DNA of 64,000 nt from Octopus sinensis (lineage: Eukaryota): the NCBI RefSeq assembly GCF_006345805.1, contig NC_043007.1:38564001-38628000 (forward strand), written 5' to 3'. Below the pieces are notes generated by a model. That model ran no database searches. It saw only the letters and a list, made by a program, of their open reading frames with translations, and was not told where the DNA came from. Below, piece by piece: positions 1-11,160 of the stretch (the stretch's first letter is position 1; each line of letters starts with the position of its first letter). The translations under genes and the position numbers were made by a program.

Positions 1-159
1 TGTCTCCACTCACTGTCTCTTTCACTCTCTCTCTCTCTCTCATTCCCCTTTTCTCTGTCACTCTCTCTCTCTCTTACTTCCTCTCTCTCACTTTGCCACT
101 TCTTTGAAGTAAGTGTGATGCACACAAGTATATACAAAAAATTAGCGTATTAATATTTT

Positions 160-375
160 TGATGGTTTCAAATTTTTAAACAAGGCCAGCAATTTTGTGA
201 GCGGGTGAGATGTAAGTCAATTACATTGCTCCCAGTCCTCAACTGGTACTTATTTTATCAACCCCCGAAAGGATGAAAGGCAAAGTTGACTCTGGCAGAA
301 TTTGAACACAAAACACAAAGACAGACAGAATGCTTTAAACATTTTGTCTAGTGCACTAACGCTTCGAGAGAATTT
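160..375 (-). mobile_element. tRNA-derived SINE, family A (decayed copy)
   Basis: Reverse complement matches the family core GAGTTCAAATT...GTCGACTTTGCCTTTCATCCTTTCGGGGTCGATAAA..AAGTACCAGTT seen intact at 34655 and 38042. Confidence 0.75.
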
Positions 376-631
376 CAGCAAGTGCGTATGTGCGTGTGTG
401 TGTGTGTGTGTGCGCGCATGCATGCTTTATTATAACCTAAGTCTTTTCAAAATATTATTCCGAAATTCTCATTTCCAATCGCCATAGATTGGAAACAAAA
501 TATCTGTAGTAATAATGTGAAATTCAGCATCTAATAGAAAAATAATATGTACTGAGAGATCTGTTTTCTTTTTTCTTTTTCTTAACACTTATGTACTTGT
601 GCAGTGTGTGTGTATACATACATCGCCGTCA

Positions 632-790
632 CCATCATCCTTTAACATCTGTTTTCCATGCTGGCGTGAGCTGAATGGTTTGACCAGAGCTGGCAAGCTG
701 CACCAGGTTTCAGTCTGATTCGGCTTGGTTTCAACAGCTGGATGTCCTTCCTGACACTAACCACTTTACAGAGTGTGCTGGGTGATTTTA
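632..790 (-). mobile_element. Short 3'-end copy of the RTE LINE, with (GAT)n tail
   Basis: catcatc-tttaacatctgttttccatgctg...ctggatgtccttcctgacactaaccac is the reverse complement of the RTE 3' end at 24730-24900. Confidence 0.7.
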
Positions 791-974
791 ATGTGCCACC
801 AGCACAAGTGCTTTTTACATGGCACCAGCACAGGACTCTTGCAGACCAATCCTCTCCACCAGAGGATCGACCTTAACACTTCTGCTTTAGAGGATGGGTC
901 TCTTTGAGTACAGCAAGATGTCAGGTCTCTCATATCACATTTGCACGCACGCACACACACATATCATTTGATGA

Positions 975-1152
975 TATTTAATAAACACAATATATGTTTT
1001 TATGTACTACTGTTAGTTTCATGTGCTGAGAACATGTCAAACATTGTTTTATAACATGTCACATATCCTAGCACAATCACAAAACAATGTTTGGCATGTT
1101 CTCAGCACATGAAACTAATAGTAACACATAAAAACATTGTGTTTATTAAATA
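975..1152. repeat. Fold-back inverted repeat, ~75-bp arms, 30-bp spacer
   Basis: 975-1050 and 1081-1152 are reverse complements with a few substitutions and one small indel. Confidence 0.9.
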
Positions 1153-1258
1153 ATATTTATCTCTCATCAGATAGAGTGGGTTTTTTTTGTTGATCTTACC
1201 ATCACAGAACAGTACACTATGAGTATGTGTGTGTGTATATATATACATACGTACATAC

Positions 1259-1293
<35 letters not shown>

Positions 1294-1324
1294 ATATATA
1301 TATATATATTTAATTTATTTAATT

Positions 1325-1600
1325 GCGCCCTTTTCAAGCCTAGCTAGGCTCATGGGCCTGGTTTCCCGGTTTCAGTTGTGTATGTGTTCCCCCCAGCTGG
1401 ATGGGACACCAGTCCATTGCAGCGTTAGTCAAGAAACAGGAAGAGAGAGCGAGAGAAAGTTGGGGCAAAAGAGTACAACAGGGGTCGCCACCAACCCCTG
1501 CCGGAGCCTCGTGGAGCTTTTAGGTGTTTTCGCTCAATAAACACACACAACGCCCAGTCTGGGAATTGAAACCACAATCCTCCGACCGCATCGTTTTTCA
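1325..1600 (-). mobile_element. tRNA-derived SINE, family C
   Basis: Reverse complement matches copies at 41151 and 45130 (GGTTTCGATTCCCAGAC, AAAACACCTAAAAGCTCCACGAGGCTCCGGCAGGGG). Confidence 0.75.
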
Positions 1601-1904
1601 AGCATCGTTCACAAAAGCTTTTAAACAGGAAAACAAGATAAGTATTTCCTTTAAACTTTCAATTCATATTTCAAAAAATATTCAGGCAATGGAAATTCAA
1701 AAGAAAACCATGTTCAGTTTACCAGTTGATGATCAGAAACAAACAACTCTGAGTGCTGGAAATCAGAGCCTTTCATTTATAATGTAATAAAGAATACTCT
1801 ACATTTGTATTGAGTCCTGTAATTATTGCTTCTGATGAAATACATATATATATGGCGATTTTTTTTCCTCTGTCTTCCCTTCTCTGGATCTTTCCTTCTC
1901 CTAT

Positions 1905-1939
1905 GTTTCCGACGAAGAGCCCCGCTCGAAACGTTAAAC
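1905..1939 (+). ncRNA. Minimal type I hammerhead ribozyme-like motif (CCGACGA core) in a Penelope-like remnant
   Basis: GTTT-CCGACGA-A-GAGC ccc GCTC-GAAA-CG-T-T^AAAC: helix I GTTT/AAAC, helix II GAGC/GCTC, loopless palindromic helix III ACGT. Confidence 0.6.
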
Positions 1940-2064
1940 CCACCTTCTTTCCTTCTACCTGAGCGTCCAATAATACTATATTTGTTCCTCGATGATGATG
2001 TCCTCACGTTGTTGTGTTTTTTTGTGCTTTCTTGTTTGGATTAACTATATATATATATACACAC

Positions 2065-2111
<47 letters not shown>

Positions 2112-2284
2112 CATATGCCACACACACATATATGTATATGCATACATATGCTTCTGATGAAATACATACATATGCAGCACACAGGTGCTTTTATGTGGCA
2201 CCACCATGAATACTTTACACCACCAGAAGCATCAGTCTTAACACTTCTGTTGTGACATACAGGTTTTCTTGAGTATGGCAAGGT

Positions 2285-2390
2285 GACAGGCATCTCGGTC
2301 CTTTGTCATCTCACCTGAAAAGTTCAGCATCCTGAGGTTGTTCATTTCTATTTCATCCCCTGTCTTCCTGGGTCTCCCATTTCCGTGTGT
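2285..2390 (-). mobile_element. RTE LINE C-terminal fragment
   Basis: Minus strand reads GRPRKT...LRMLNFSGEMTKDRDA, homologous to GRPRKTW...LRTLGLTEEMTRD at the end of ORF 20959-24033. Confidence 0.7.
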
Positions 2391-2504
2391 GTGTGTGTGC
2401 ATGCTCGTGCACCTGAGTGCTTGTATGAATGAGTTTGTATTTCCTGCTTTCACATGTGTTTGTTGGTTGTAATGATAGTATTATAATGACTTTGTAATAA
2501 CAGT

Positions 2505-2690
2505 GTTATCTGCTTGCAGTCCACAGTAAAAGCATATCCAGTCTTCTTTTCAAGATCGCGGAGTCGCAGCCGTTCATCATCACGTTCCACACAGTCAAAG
2601 TCTGGACTGTGTTGGTATCACTCCAAATTTGGAGAGTAAGCACATAGGTGCATACAGACATGCACCTATAAAGATTTAAATTAGCTTCGG
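2505..2690 (+). pseudogene. gag: Gypsy gag C-terminus
   Basis: Plus frame reads SRSRSRSRSSSRSTQSKSGLCWYHSKFGE*AHRCIQTC, the SR-rich plus CWYH..FG..A..C...C motif of Gypsy Gag; one in-frame stop. Confidence 0.75.
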
Positions 2691-2695
2691 AGGAG

Positions 2696-5600
2696 TTGAG
2701 CACGTCAACTTCCTCCACATCATTTTCTAGTTATCGTGCATTTTTCGTTAAGGATCTAGTGTCGAAGAAATACTTCATGGTGGACACTGGTTCTTGTTGC
2801 AGCATTTGGCCTCTGCATCTCACAACCGACAGGCCAAAACGATCTAATGTTACCTTGCACGTTATTGACTCGTCACCAATAGCCACATTCGGTCAGATCT
2901 CTTTACGCCTTGACATAAATCTTCGTTGAGATTTTCAGTGGGTTTTTGTCATTGCTGACATTCCGCATCCTATTTTAGGTGCGGATTTTCTAAATAGCTT
3001 TGATCTATTGGTAGATGTCAGACGTCGGAGGCTAGTCGACAGTTCAACTACACTCTCCATGCCGACCAGAGAATCTACCGATTCAGCTCTAAGCCCGACA
3101 TTTTTTGTTGCTACTTCTGGAGATGTTTTTCATTCTCTTTTGGCTTCTTTTCCAGAGCTACTTGATATTACCTTTAAAATGGCAAAACTCTTACACTCGA
3201 CACTCCATTTTATTACAACTACTGGGCCACCTGCTTTTTCGCGCCTACGGCGTCTTGCACCTGACCGTCTTAAAACGGCTAGGGCTGAGTTTGAGCATAT
3301 GCTCCAGCTTGGTCTGATACGTCCATCCACCAGTCCATGAGCATCACCCCTTCATTTAGTTTGAAAAGGGGATACAGATTTTCGCCCGGTGGGAGATTAT
3401 CGTCGTCTAAATTCTGTGACGATTCCGGACAGATATCCAATTAGGAATCTCAATGATTTTTCAGCGAATCTTCATGGCTGTACCATTTTTTCTAAGGTTG
3501 ACCTCATACGTGCTTATCATCAAATACCTGTCAACCCAGACGATGTTCCTAAAACGGCAATTACCACTCCTTTTGGTTGTTTCGAATTTCTATACATGAG
3601 TTTTGGTTTGCGGAACGCCACTAGTACATTCCAACGTTTTATAGATGAAGTTGTTCGTGGACTTGATTTTGTTTTCGCGTATGTCGATGATATTCTCATC
3701 GCAAGTGATACGCATGAAAATCATCTCCAGCACTTGTCTCAGCTTTTTCAGCGTCTTCGCGTCTATGGTGTTCGCAATCATCTCTTGATTTTCTCGGTCA
3801 TTATATTGATTCGAGTGGAATCAAACCACTCTTGTCTAAAGCCGAAGAAATTCAGCGCATCGCACCACCTTCTTATTTGCATCAACTTCGCCATTTTTTG
3901 GGTATAGTTAATTTCTATCGATGCTTCATAAACCGGTGTGCGGACAAGTTGTTTCCTTTAACGCAGATGCTAAAGGGCAATTCTAAAAAGGACGCCCGTC
4001 TTACTCTTTCAGCTGAAGCACTGTCTGCCTTTGAGTTAGTTAAAAAGGAACTAGCTTCAGTTCCTGTTTTAGCACATCCGGCTCCTGATGCTCTACTTAC
4101 TTTATCTGTGGACGCATCAGATTCTGCAGTTGGCGCTGTCTTGCAGCACACCGTAGATGGTGAAACTAAACCTTTGGCTTTCTTTTCTTGCCAGTTAAAG
4201 CCTGCTGAATGCAGATATAGTACTTTTGATCGAGAGTTACTAGCGATCTATCTGTCAGTTCGGCATTTTCAGCACCAGCTCGAGGGACGAGAGTTTGTGA
4301 TTTATATTGATCACAAGCCCCTTACTTTTGCACTATCTTCTAAAATGGATAAACTCTCCCCTCGTGCTTTCCGTCATCTGGACTATATTTCTCAGTTTAC
4401 AAGTGACATTCGACATGTGCCAGGGAAGGAGAACGTCCCAGCTGATGCTCTCTCTAGACTCCCTGTCAATTCCATTTCCTCTCCGGCAGCAATTGACTTA
4501 ACTGCTATTTCGCAGGATCAACCATCTTTAGCGGAGTTGAATTTAACTTCGCCCAAGTTTATCAATTGTAAATTTGCCTACCGTCCGCTCCCTTCAGCAG
4601 AAGGCTCTATTCTTTGTGATGTCTCCACCGGTTCACCCAGGCCGTTAGTACCTGAGAAACATCAACGTTCTGTTTTTGATGCTCTTCATTCATTGTCACA
4701 TCCGGGTATCTCTGCCACAGTAAAGCTTATTACTGCTCGGTTCTTCTGGCCCAATATGCGACGATCGATTACCTCTTGGGCACGCTCTTGTTTAAAGTGC
4801 CAGAGTGCTAAAGTCCATAGACACGTTCGTGCTCCACTTGGACAGTTTCCTTCTCCTGAGGCCCGTTTTTGCCATGTCCACTTTGATTTGGTTGGACCAT
4901 GGCCTCTGAGTCGCGGGTTCTCATATATTTTAACTTGTATCGATCGTTTCTCACGTTGGCCGGAAGCTATTCCTATAGCAGACATTTCTGCTGAAACTGT
5001 TGCGAAAGTTTTCGTGTCGTATTGGATTTCTAGGTATGGTGTACTGTCCAGTTTAACCACAGATCGTGGTCGACAATTCGAAGCGGTTTTCATGAGTTAT
5101 CACGAATCCTGGGGATGCATCATATACGCACCACTAGTTACCATCCCGCTTCTAATGGGCTGGTGGAGCGTTTCCACAGGCATTGCATTGCATTGCATGC
5201 CTCGCCGAATCCACAGTCATGGACTGAATTTCTTCCTATCGTCCTGCGATTAAAGCAGACCTTGGTTTTTCTTCTGCCGATCTCTTGTATGGTACCACAT
5301 TGGCATTGTCTGGTACGATGTTGGTGCCAGACAAGTCACAGTCTCTTAATTTAGAGTCTTATGTTGCTCGACTACACAGATATTTTTCTGACCTTCCTCC
5401 TATGGGTCCCCGACACCAAAATCCTCCTTCTAATGTGCCATCAGATCTTGATTCTTGAACACATGTTTTTGTTCGTGATGATACTGTCAAAGGACCTTTA
5501 GTTTCTCCTTATAAAGGACCTTTTCGTGTGATTTCCCGCACGTCGAAAGTATTCAAACTTGACATTAATGGTCGTTCGGAGACCGTCTCCGTAGATCGTC

Positions 5601-5824
5601 TTAAAAGGGCATATTTTGAGGTGTCCACATCTTTTGATGACCCCACTGCCACAACCATCGTTGAACCTTCGACAACACCACCATTTACACATGCACCTTT
5701 ATCAATACCAACATCGGCAACACCACCTTCGTCGTCGCAGCCCGCCTCGAACAAACCTTATGTTACGAGGTCAGGCAGAACTGTTCACTGGCCAATGAAA
5801 CTTTCAAAGACAATTTATATTTGA
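2696..5824 (+). pseudogene. pol: Gypsy pol (protease, RT, RNase H, integrase), disrupted
   Basis: MVDTGS (aspartic protease); [24 protein letters not shown] (RT); [31 protein letters not shown] (RNase H); [35 protein letters not shown] (integrase). Split over ORFs 2696, 3008, 3389, 3832, 5115 and 5528. Confidence 0.93.
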
Positions 5825-6018
5825 CATTCTTAATTGACTTCCCAGTGACAGTTACGATACTAATTGAACTTTGTTCATTTGAGTATTATTTAAATTATTT
5901 AAATTTTTGTTTTAATTTGTCATATTGTGTGCCATTTTGGTGATTTGGTATCCACCTTATATTCTGAAGCCACTACAAGGAATTTTGTTTCGTGCTTCCG
6001 CACTCGAGGGGGAGCCTT

Positions 6019-6472
6019 TGTAGTGACGTACACACTTTCCAGTGTGCGTACACGCAACGTCATTCTTAAGTGTGCACGTGCGGAACATCCTTCTTCAGTG
6101 TGCGTGTGCGGGGTTGGAACCTTCTGGAAAGGCATAAGGAAGTTCCCTCATGCACATGCGCTAGAGACTGGGGAAGAAATTCTATCGCGTTCCTTAATAG
6201 CGTCGTTGACTTGAGACACGGCGATAGAAGAGAAAGGACGTATTTTTAAACGTGTGATCAGCCTATTCTCCTGTCCTAGACGCTTAGGATTTGACCTGTT
6301 CTGTTGCTGCTGAATTGTTGTAAGAATCTTACAAACGTTAAAATTCAGCCTTGCTGTGTTGAACTAAGTGGATACCAATATACCATCGTGCTTCATTTGT
6401 GAATAAGAGAATAAAGAATCGTATATATTTTTAAAGTTGCATTTTGTTACCGACTGGTGGTTTCTAGAAACA
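6019..6472 (+). repeat. Probable 3' LTR of the Gypsy element
   Basis: Follows purine tract GAGGGGGAG (6006-6014), starts TGTAGTG, has AATAAA near 6412 and a candidate CA end at 6471-6472. No second LTR to confirm the right boundary. Confidence 0.6.
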
Positions 6473-6529
6473 AAAAGAAAGGAAATTGTGTTGCACCCAA
6501 GTTGCACCCCAAAAGTGTAAAGAAGCAAC

Positions 6530-6640
6530 CAGTTCCCTTTACAGCGGAATTCGAACTCAGAACGTAGCAGAAGACGAAATACCGCTGAACATTTCGCCCG
6601 GTGTGCTAACGATTCTACCAGTTCGCCGCCTTTTGATGAT
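6530..6640 (-). mobile_element. SINE family A, 5' part
   Basis: gcggaattcgaactcagaacgtagc...catttcgcccggtgtgctaacgattctaccagttcgccgcc is the reverse complement of the family head. Confidence 0.8.
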
Positions 6641-6879
6641 CAATATAACATGCAGATGGAGAAGGACAGTATTAAGAATGAAGGCTGACATCAAATGAAA
6701 TGCTTCTGGCTAGTGATACAAATAGGTAGTATCAGGGAAGAGCTAGTGAAGAATTCAGTTCTGTTCACATTTATTACAGCACCAGAATATAACAGTTAGA
6801 GAGATGGTGGGTGGTGGGGATGGCTTGAGAAGGAAATTGGGCAAGGGACTCAGTTGTGCACACATTTTACTTCCAGAAT

Positions 6880-8120
6880 CTGTTTCACCAAGATGGTCAT
6901 GTTTTCTTCAGTACCACATATTATCAGTCATCCCAGTCCTTTGTCATCTCCTCTGTGAAGTTCAAGATAAGCCTTCATTATTTCATTCCATGTCTTCCTG
7001 GGTCTCCCTCTTCCACAAGCTCCATCCATATGAAATGAGAGGCACTTCTTTACAGAACCGTCATGATCCATACACATCACAAGTCCATACAAGTGAAGTT
7101 TCTTTCTTGCACATTACATCTGATCTTTTTATGCTCAATTTTCTTTCAATACATTTATATTGTGTCATTCATACAAACTAACATTCAATATCCAACAGAA
7201 CATGCTAACTACATTTCTCCAGTCTTCAGTCCTCTGCATTCAAGGCACATGCCTCAGTACAATGCAGCACTGCAGTTCTAACACAAGCATCATACAATCT
7301 GCTCTTCACTCTGAGGGAAAATTCCTTTATTGTCAGTAGTAATGGTAGCCCTGAACTTTATCCAACCTGTCTATATCATGGCTATTAGGCTTTCAGAGTA
7401 TAATTTTGTCTCCTAGGTAACAAAAGCTGTCAACTAATAGTGAGTCATCTGGGTGTATAAAAGAATCTATTTCCAGTGTGCTCATAGTACATATTGCTCC
7501 TGTACATCAATCACATATAAAGCTTGCTCTCTCTGTTAGTCTGCCTCTGATTCCACAACACCATCCATGTCTTCATAGCTTACATGGAGTACAGCATATA
7601 GAGTTTATTCCCATGCTTTTCCTGCATAACAAGCAAGCAATTTCCTGAAGATATCAGGGTCATCTTTCTTATTTGCTAAAATCTTGAAGCTTCTTGATTT
7701 TTGATTTAGCTTTAGTACCCAGAATTTCCTCTCTAATTTCACTATAGATTCGGTTATGAGAACCAAATCATAGGCTTATAGGAGTTCCCATGGAAAGCGT
7801 ATGTGATGGCCTGTAGGACTATGATCAATAGAAAAGGGTTGGGGAATGAGCTGTGATAGACTCTTCCCTTCAAGCTAAATTTGTCACTGAAACCATTGGT
7901 GACTCTACTTTACTCACTGCATTTTTATACACACTTGTACGACTCACAAACCATTCATCTCCATCATCTAATTTCATTAGTGACCACTGAATAACTGAAC
8001 AAATTACCATAAAAAAAACCTTCTCCAAGTCAATGAATGCTAAGAATAATGGTTTACTCTTAACCAAATATTTTTCCTACATGAATACTGCATGTGTGTC
8101 TGGATATGAAGCCAAACTGC
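6880..8120 (-). mobile_element. Degenerate RTE LINE fragment (RT and C-terminus)
   Basis: Minus ORF 7870-8067 has KPLFLAFIDLEKVF and WSLMKL..DEW, matching KPLYLAFVDMEKAF/WWSMRKLGIDEW of the intact RTE; GRPRKT-like segment near 7000. Confidence 0.75.
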
Positions 8121-8200
8121 ATCTCATCTAGGTCTATTCTGTCATGGTTCAATTGTGCTTTCACTCTCTCCACACACATATATGAATAATAATCTTTTAA

Positions 8201-8421
8201 CCCTTTCGCTACTGTATTTCTGCTGAGATGCTCTGTGTTTCTTTCAAGTACTTTAAATATAACAAAGAATTTAGTAAAATAACTTAGTTATCATTAAGCT
8301 AGTGGTAGGAGCATAAATTGTGACTAAAATCTGGTGGAAGATTTTAATTCAAAACTTATGAAAACAAGACATTTGTACTACAGAACCAGAGCCGGTTTCA
8401 GCCGGGTTGGTATCAAAAGGG
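8201..8421. mobile_element. piggyBac-type MITE
   Basis: TTAA|CCCTTTCG...TCAAAAGGG|TTAA: TTAA at 8197-8200 and 8422-8425, imperfect ~13-bp TIRs. A matching left end recurs near 43760. Confidence 0.85.
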
Positions 8422-9238
8422 TTAACGTCTATCTTCCATGGTTGCATGACTTAGATGGAATTTATTTGAGCAGATTTTCTACAGCCAGATGTCTTTCATG
8501 TTGACAACCTTCAAGTAAATATTTCTCCATGCCCCATGGCCAGACAGGTTTTCATGGAAGATTGGAAACAGAGGACACCACTTGTAATGATGGTCACACA
8601 TTTACATCCATCATGCAATGTCAAGACAAGGAGACAGAGACACATGCACATACACACACATATGTACATATGTGTATATATACACACTTATACGCTATAT
8701 ATAGTAAAAGTCCGTGAGAGAGATTATAAAAAACACTACAGAATATAACAATATGTATGTACGTATATGATTAAGCAAAACAATTATATATTTATGTACA
8801 GAGAGAGGCAGACAGAAATACAGAGAAGGGAAGGGAGATAAGGTTGTGTGTGTGTCCTCACTGACTGATATCCTCCCACGACTTCTGTTTTCTCATAACT
8901 CATAACCCCCTTTTAAAATGCATATTTTAAAATATTTTGCCGAAATACGTTTTCATGAGAGTAGAGTATATATTGATGTTACGCAAATTTAGATCTGTTA
9001 AAAAAAAATTTTTAATGCTGAAGTTACGGATACTGATGGAAACGTAGTCGGCGAGGGATGGAAATTGATCTAAAATTCTTCCCGAAATAATCATTGTTTT
9101 TAAATTGTAATCTACATTCTTGAAAACGTAATTAAGCAAAATGTTGTATAAAAATACGCATTTTTTTTTTTTTTTTTTTTCAGAAAGTTATGGGAGAAAC
9201 AAGATCTTGAGGGAGGGAACATCAGTCTGTATTTATGC

Positions 9239-9588
9239 GACTTTCGTTTCCTCTTAACTTTCTTAAAAAATAGATATTTTTAAATGAAATTTTCTACAGA
9301 TATCATTCAGATGGCATAGATTACGATTATATTGGAATTTAATGTGGAAAAAATATTGGTTGGCGCGCACACATCACAAAATGAAACTTGAAATTTACAA
9401 AAAAAAAAAATTTGATGTGTCAATGTGCAAGTGTGCACGCTCAACATTTTTTTTTTTTTTCCTATTTTTGCACATTAAATTTCAATATAATTGCAATCAC
9501 ATCAACAGAAAGATATTCGTAGAAAGTTTCGTTTAAAAAAATCCGTTTTTTTTCTGAAAGCTATGAGGAAACAAAGTCAGCAGGGAAC
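9239..9588. mobile_element. Old MITE with ~120-bp degenerate TIRs
   Basis: gactttcgtttcctcttaactttc...aatttaatgtggaaaaaata mirrors tatttttgcacattaaattt...gaaagctatgaggaaacaaagtc. Confidence 0.6.
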
Positions 9589-9855
9589 ACAGATGCGACA
9601 GAGAGAGAGAGAGACAGAGACAGACAGACAGATAGATAGATAAAAGGGTGGTGGATTATAAGAATCGTTGGAGAGTCGGATAAAATAGCTTGCATTATTT
9701 CTTCTGGTTTTTACGTTATGGGCTTGAATCGCGCTGAAGTCACACCCTTTAATAAAATAAAATGCCAACCAAATATAGTGGAGTCGACTTATTCCTACTA
9801 TCAAAACTGCTGGCCTTGTGCCTAACTAAGAAATCGCGATATATATATATATATA

Positions 9856-10013
9856 TATACAATAATATGTTACATTACTCGGTAGTCAAGATAAAACTCT
9901 GAGTTTCAGATGCCGAAGTGGAAATCCACAACACCATCTCTTCGGTTATCTGGCTATTTCTGAAACTCAGAGTTTTATCTTGACTACCGAGTAATGTAAC
10001 ATATTATTGTATA
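9856..10013. repeat. Perfect 55-bp inverted repeat, 48-bp spacer
   Basis: 9856-9910 is the exact reverse complement of 9959-10013. Confidence 0.95.
9889..9951 (-). ncRNA. Type I hammerhead ribozyme-like motif (CCGAAGA core)
   Basis: AGATAA-CCGAAGA-GATG..CATC-T-GAAA-CTC a GAG-T-T^TTATCT: 6-bp helix I, 4-bp helix II with nested GTGG/CCAC hairpin, GUU triplet. Confidence 0.65.
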
Positions 10014-10080
10014 GATAAATTTCCTCTATTTACATAATATTGAGGTCTCTTTCTTTTGTTATCTTACCGTTTTATCAATA

Positions 10081-10085
10081 TATAT

Positions 10086-10131
<46 letters not shown>

Positions 10132-10624
10132 TATATCGTGATTTCTTATTTATCATCGGTAAATCATAAATCCGAAAAAAAAGTACACATATATATATGC
10201 AGCACATTATGTATTTAATTACATATATTACATATTAATACATATAATATATTTATGATAGATATGGATGGAAGTAATAAATCTAGTATTATATATATAT
10301 TTATATATATATATATAATAAATTTCTATGCGAAAACAGTGATTCAAGCGTAAATATTATATTTACAAGACATCTACGTATTGATATTGACAATTACCTG
10401 ATTATAATGGATCAGCTAGACGAAGAAGAAACATCAAGCGTGATGATATTCCACATATGACATTGGCACCAACGGTAAAGTTGGTGATTCACGTTAAAAC
10501 AGGATGCTTTCTGAAGAAGTCTCGTCACCACAATATCAGTTGTCGTGATTAGATGTAGGTTATAGCTTAAAAGTAAAATGTATGTTGGTATATGTGTGTA
10601 CGTATATAAATATATATGTATATA

Positions 10625-10671
<47 letters not shown>

Positions 10672-11160
10672 TATATCGTGATTTCTTATTTATCATCGGT
10701 AAATCATAAATCCGAAAAAAAAGTACACATATATATATGCAGCACATTATGTATTTAATTACATATATTACATATTAATACATATAATATATTTATGATA
10801 GATATGGATGGAAGTAATAAATCTAGTATTATATATATATTTATATATATATATATAATAAATTTCTATGCGAAAACAGTGATTCAAGCGTAAATATTAT
10901 ATTTACAAGACATCTACGTATTGATATTGACAATTACCTGATTATAATGGATCAGCTAGACGAAGAAGAAACATCAAGCGTGATGATATTCCACATATGA
11001 CATTGGCACCAACGGTAAAGTTGGTGATTCACGTTAAAACAGGATGCTTTCTGAAGAAGTCTCGTCACCACAATATCAGTTGTCGTGATTAGATGTAGGT
11101 TATAGCTTAAAAGTAAAATGTATGTTGGTATATGTGTGTACGTATATAAATATATATGTA
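10081..11160 (+). repeat. Tandem duplication of a 540-bp unit (2 copies)
   Basis: cgtgatttcttatt starts at 10137 and 10677; non-microsatellite parts look identical; junctions fall in (TA)n. Confidence 0.95.

Larger units (their letters stand above)
2505..6472 (+). mobile_element. Ty3/Gypsy LTR retrotransposon, 5'-truncated and decayed
   Basis: Domain order gag end, protease, RT, RNase H, integrase, polypurine tract, LTR; PR-RT-RH-IN order is diagnostic of Ty3/Gypsy. Several stops and frameshifts. Confidence 0.93.

Noticed and set aside
1832-2160. CTGATGA at 1832 and 2154 as hammerhead cores
   Set aside because: No helix II or GAAA follows; they run into TA microsatellite.
2506-2718. Minus-strand exon candidates: a branch point and acceptor giving ...GVIPTQSRL* (PTS1-like), or a charged DFDCVERDDERLRLRD frame
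   Set aside because: The plus strand encodes the Gypsy Gag SR-rich and CWYH..FG motif contiguous with pol, which explains the composition.
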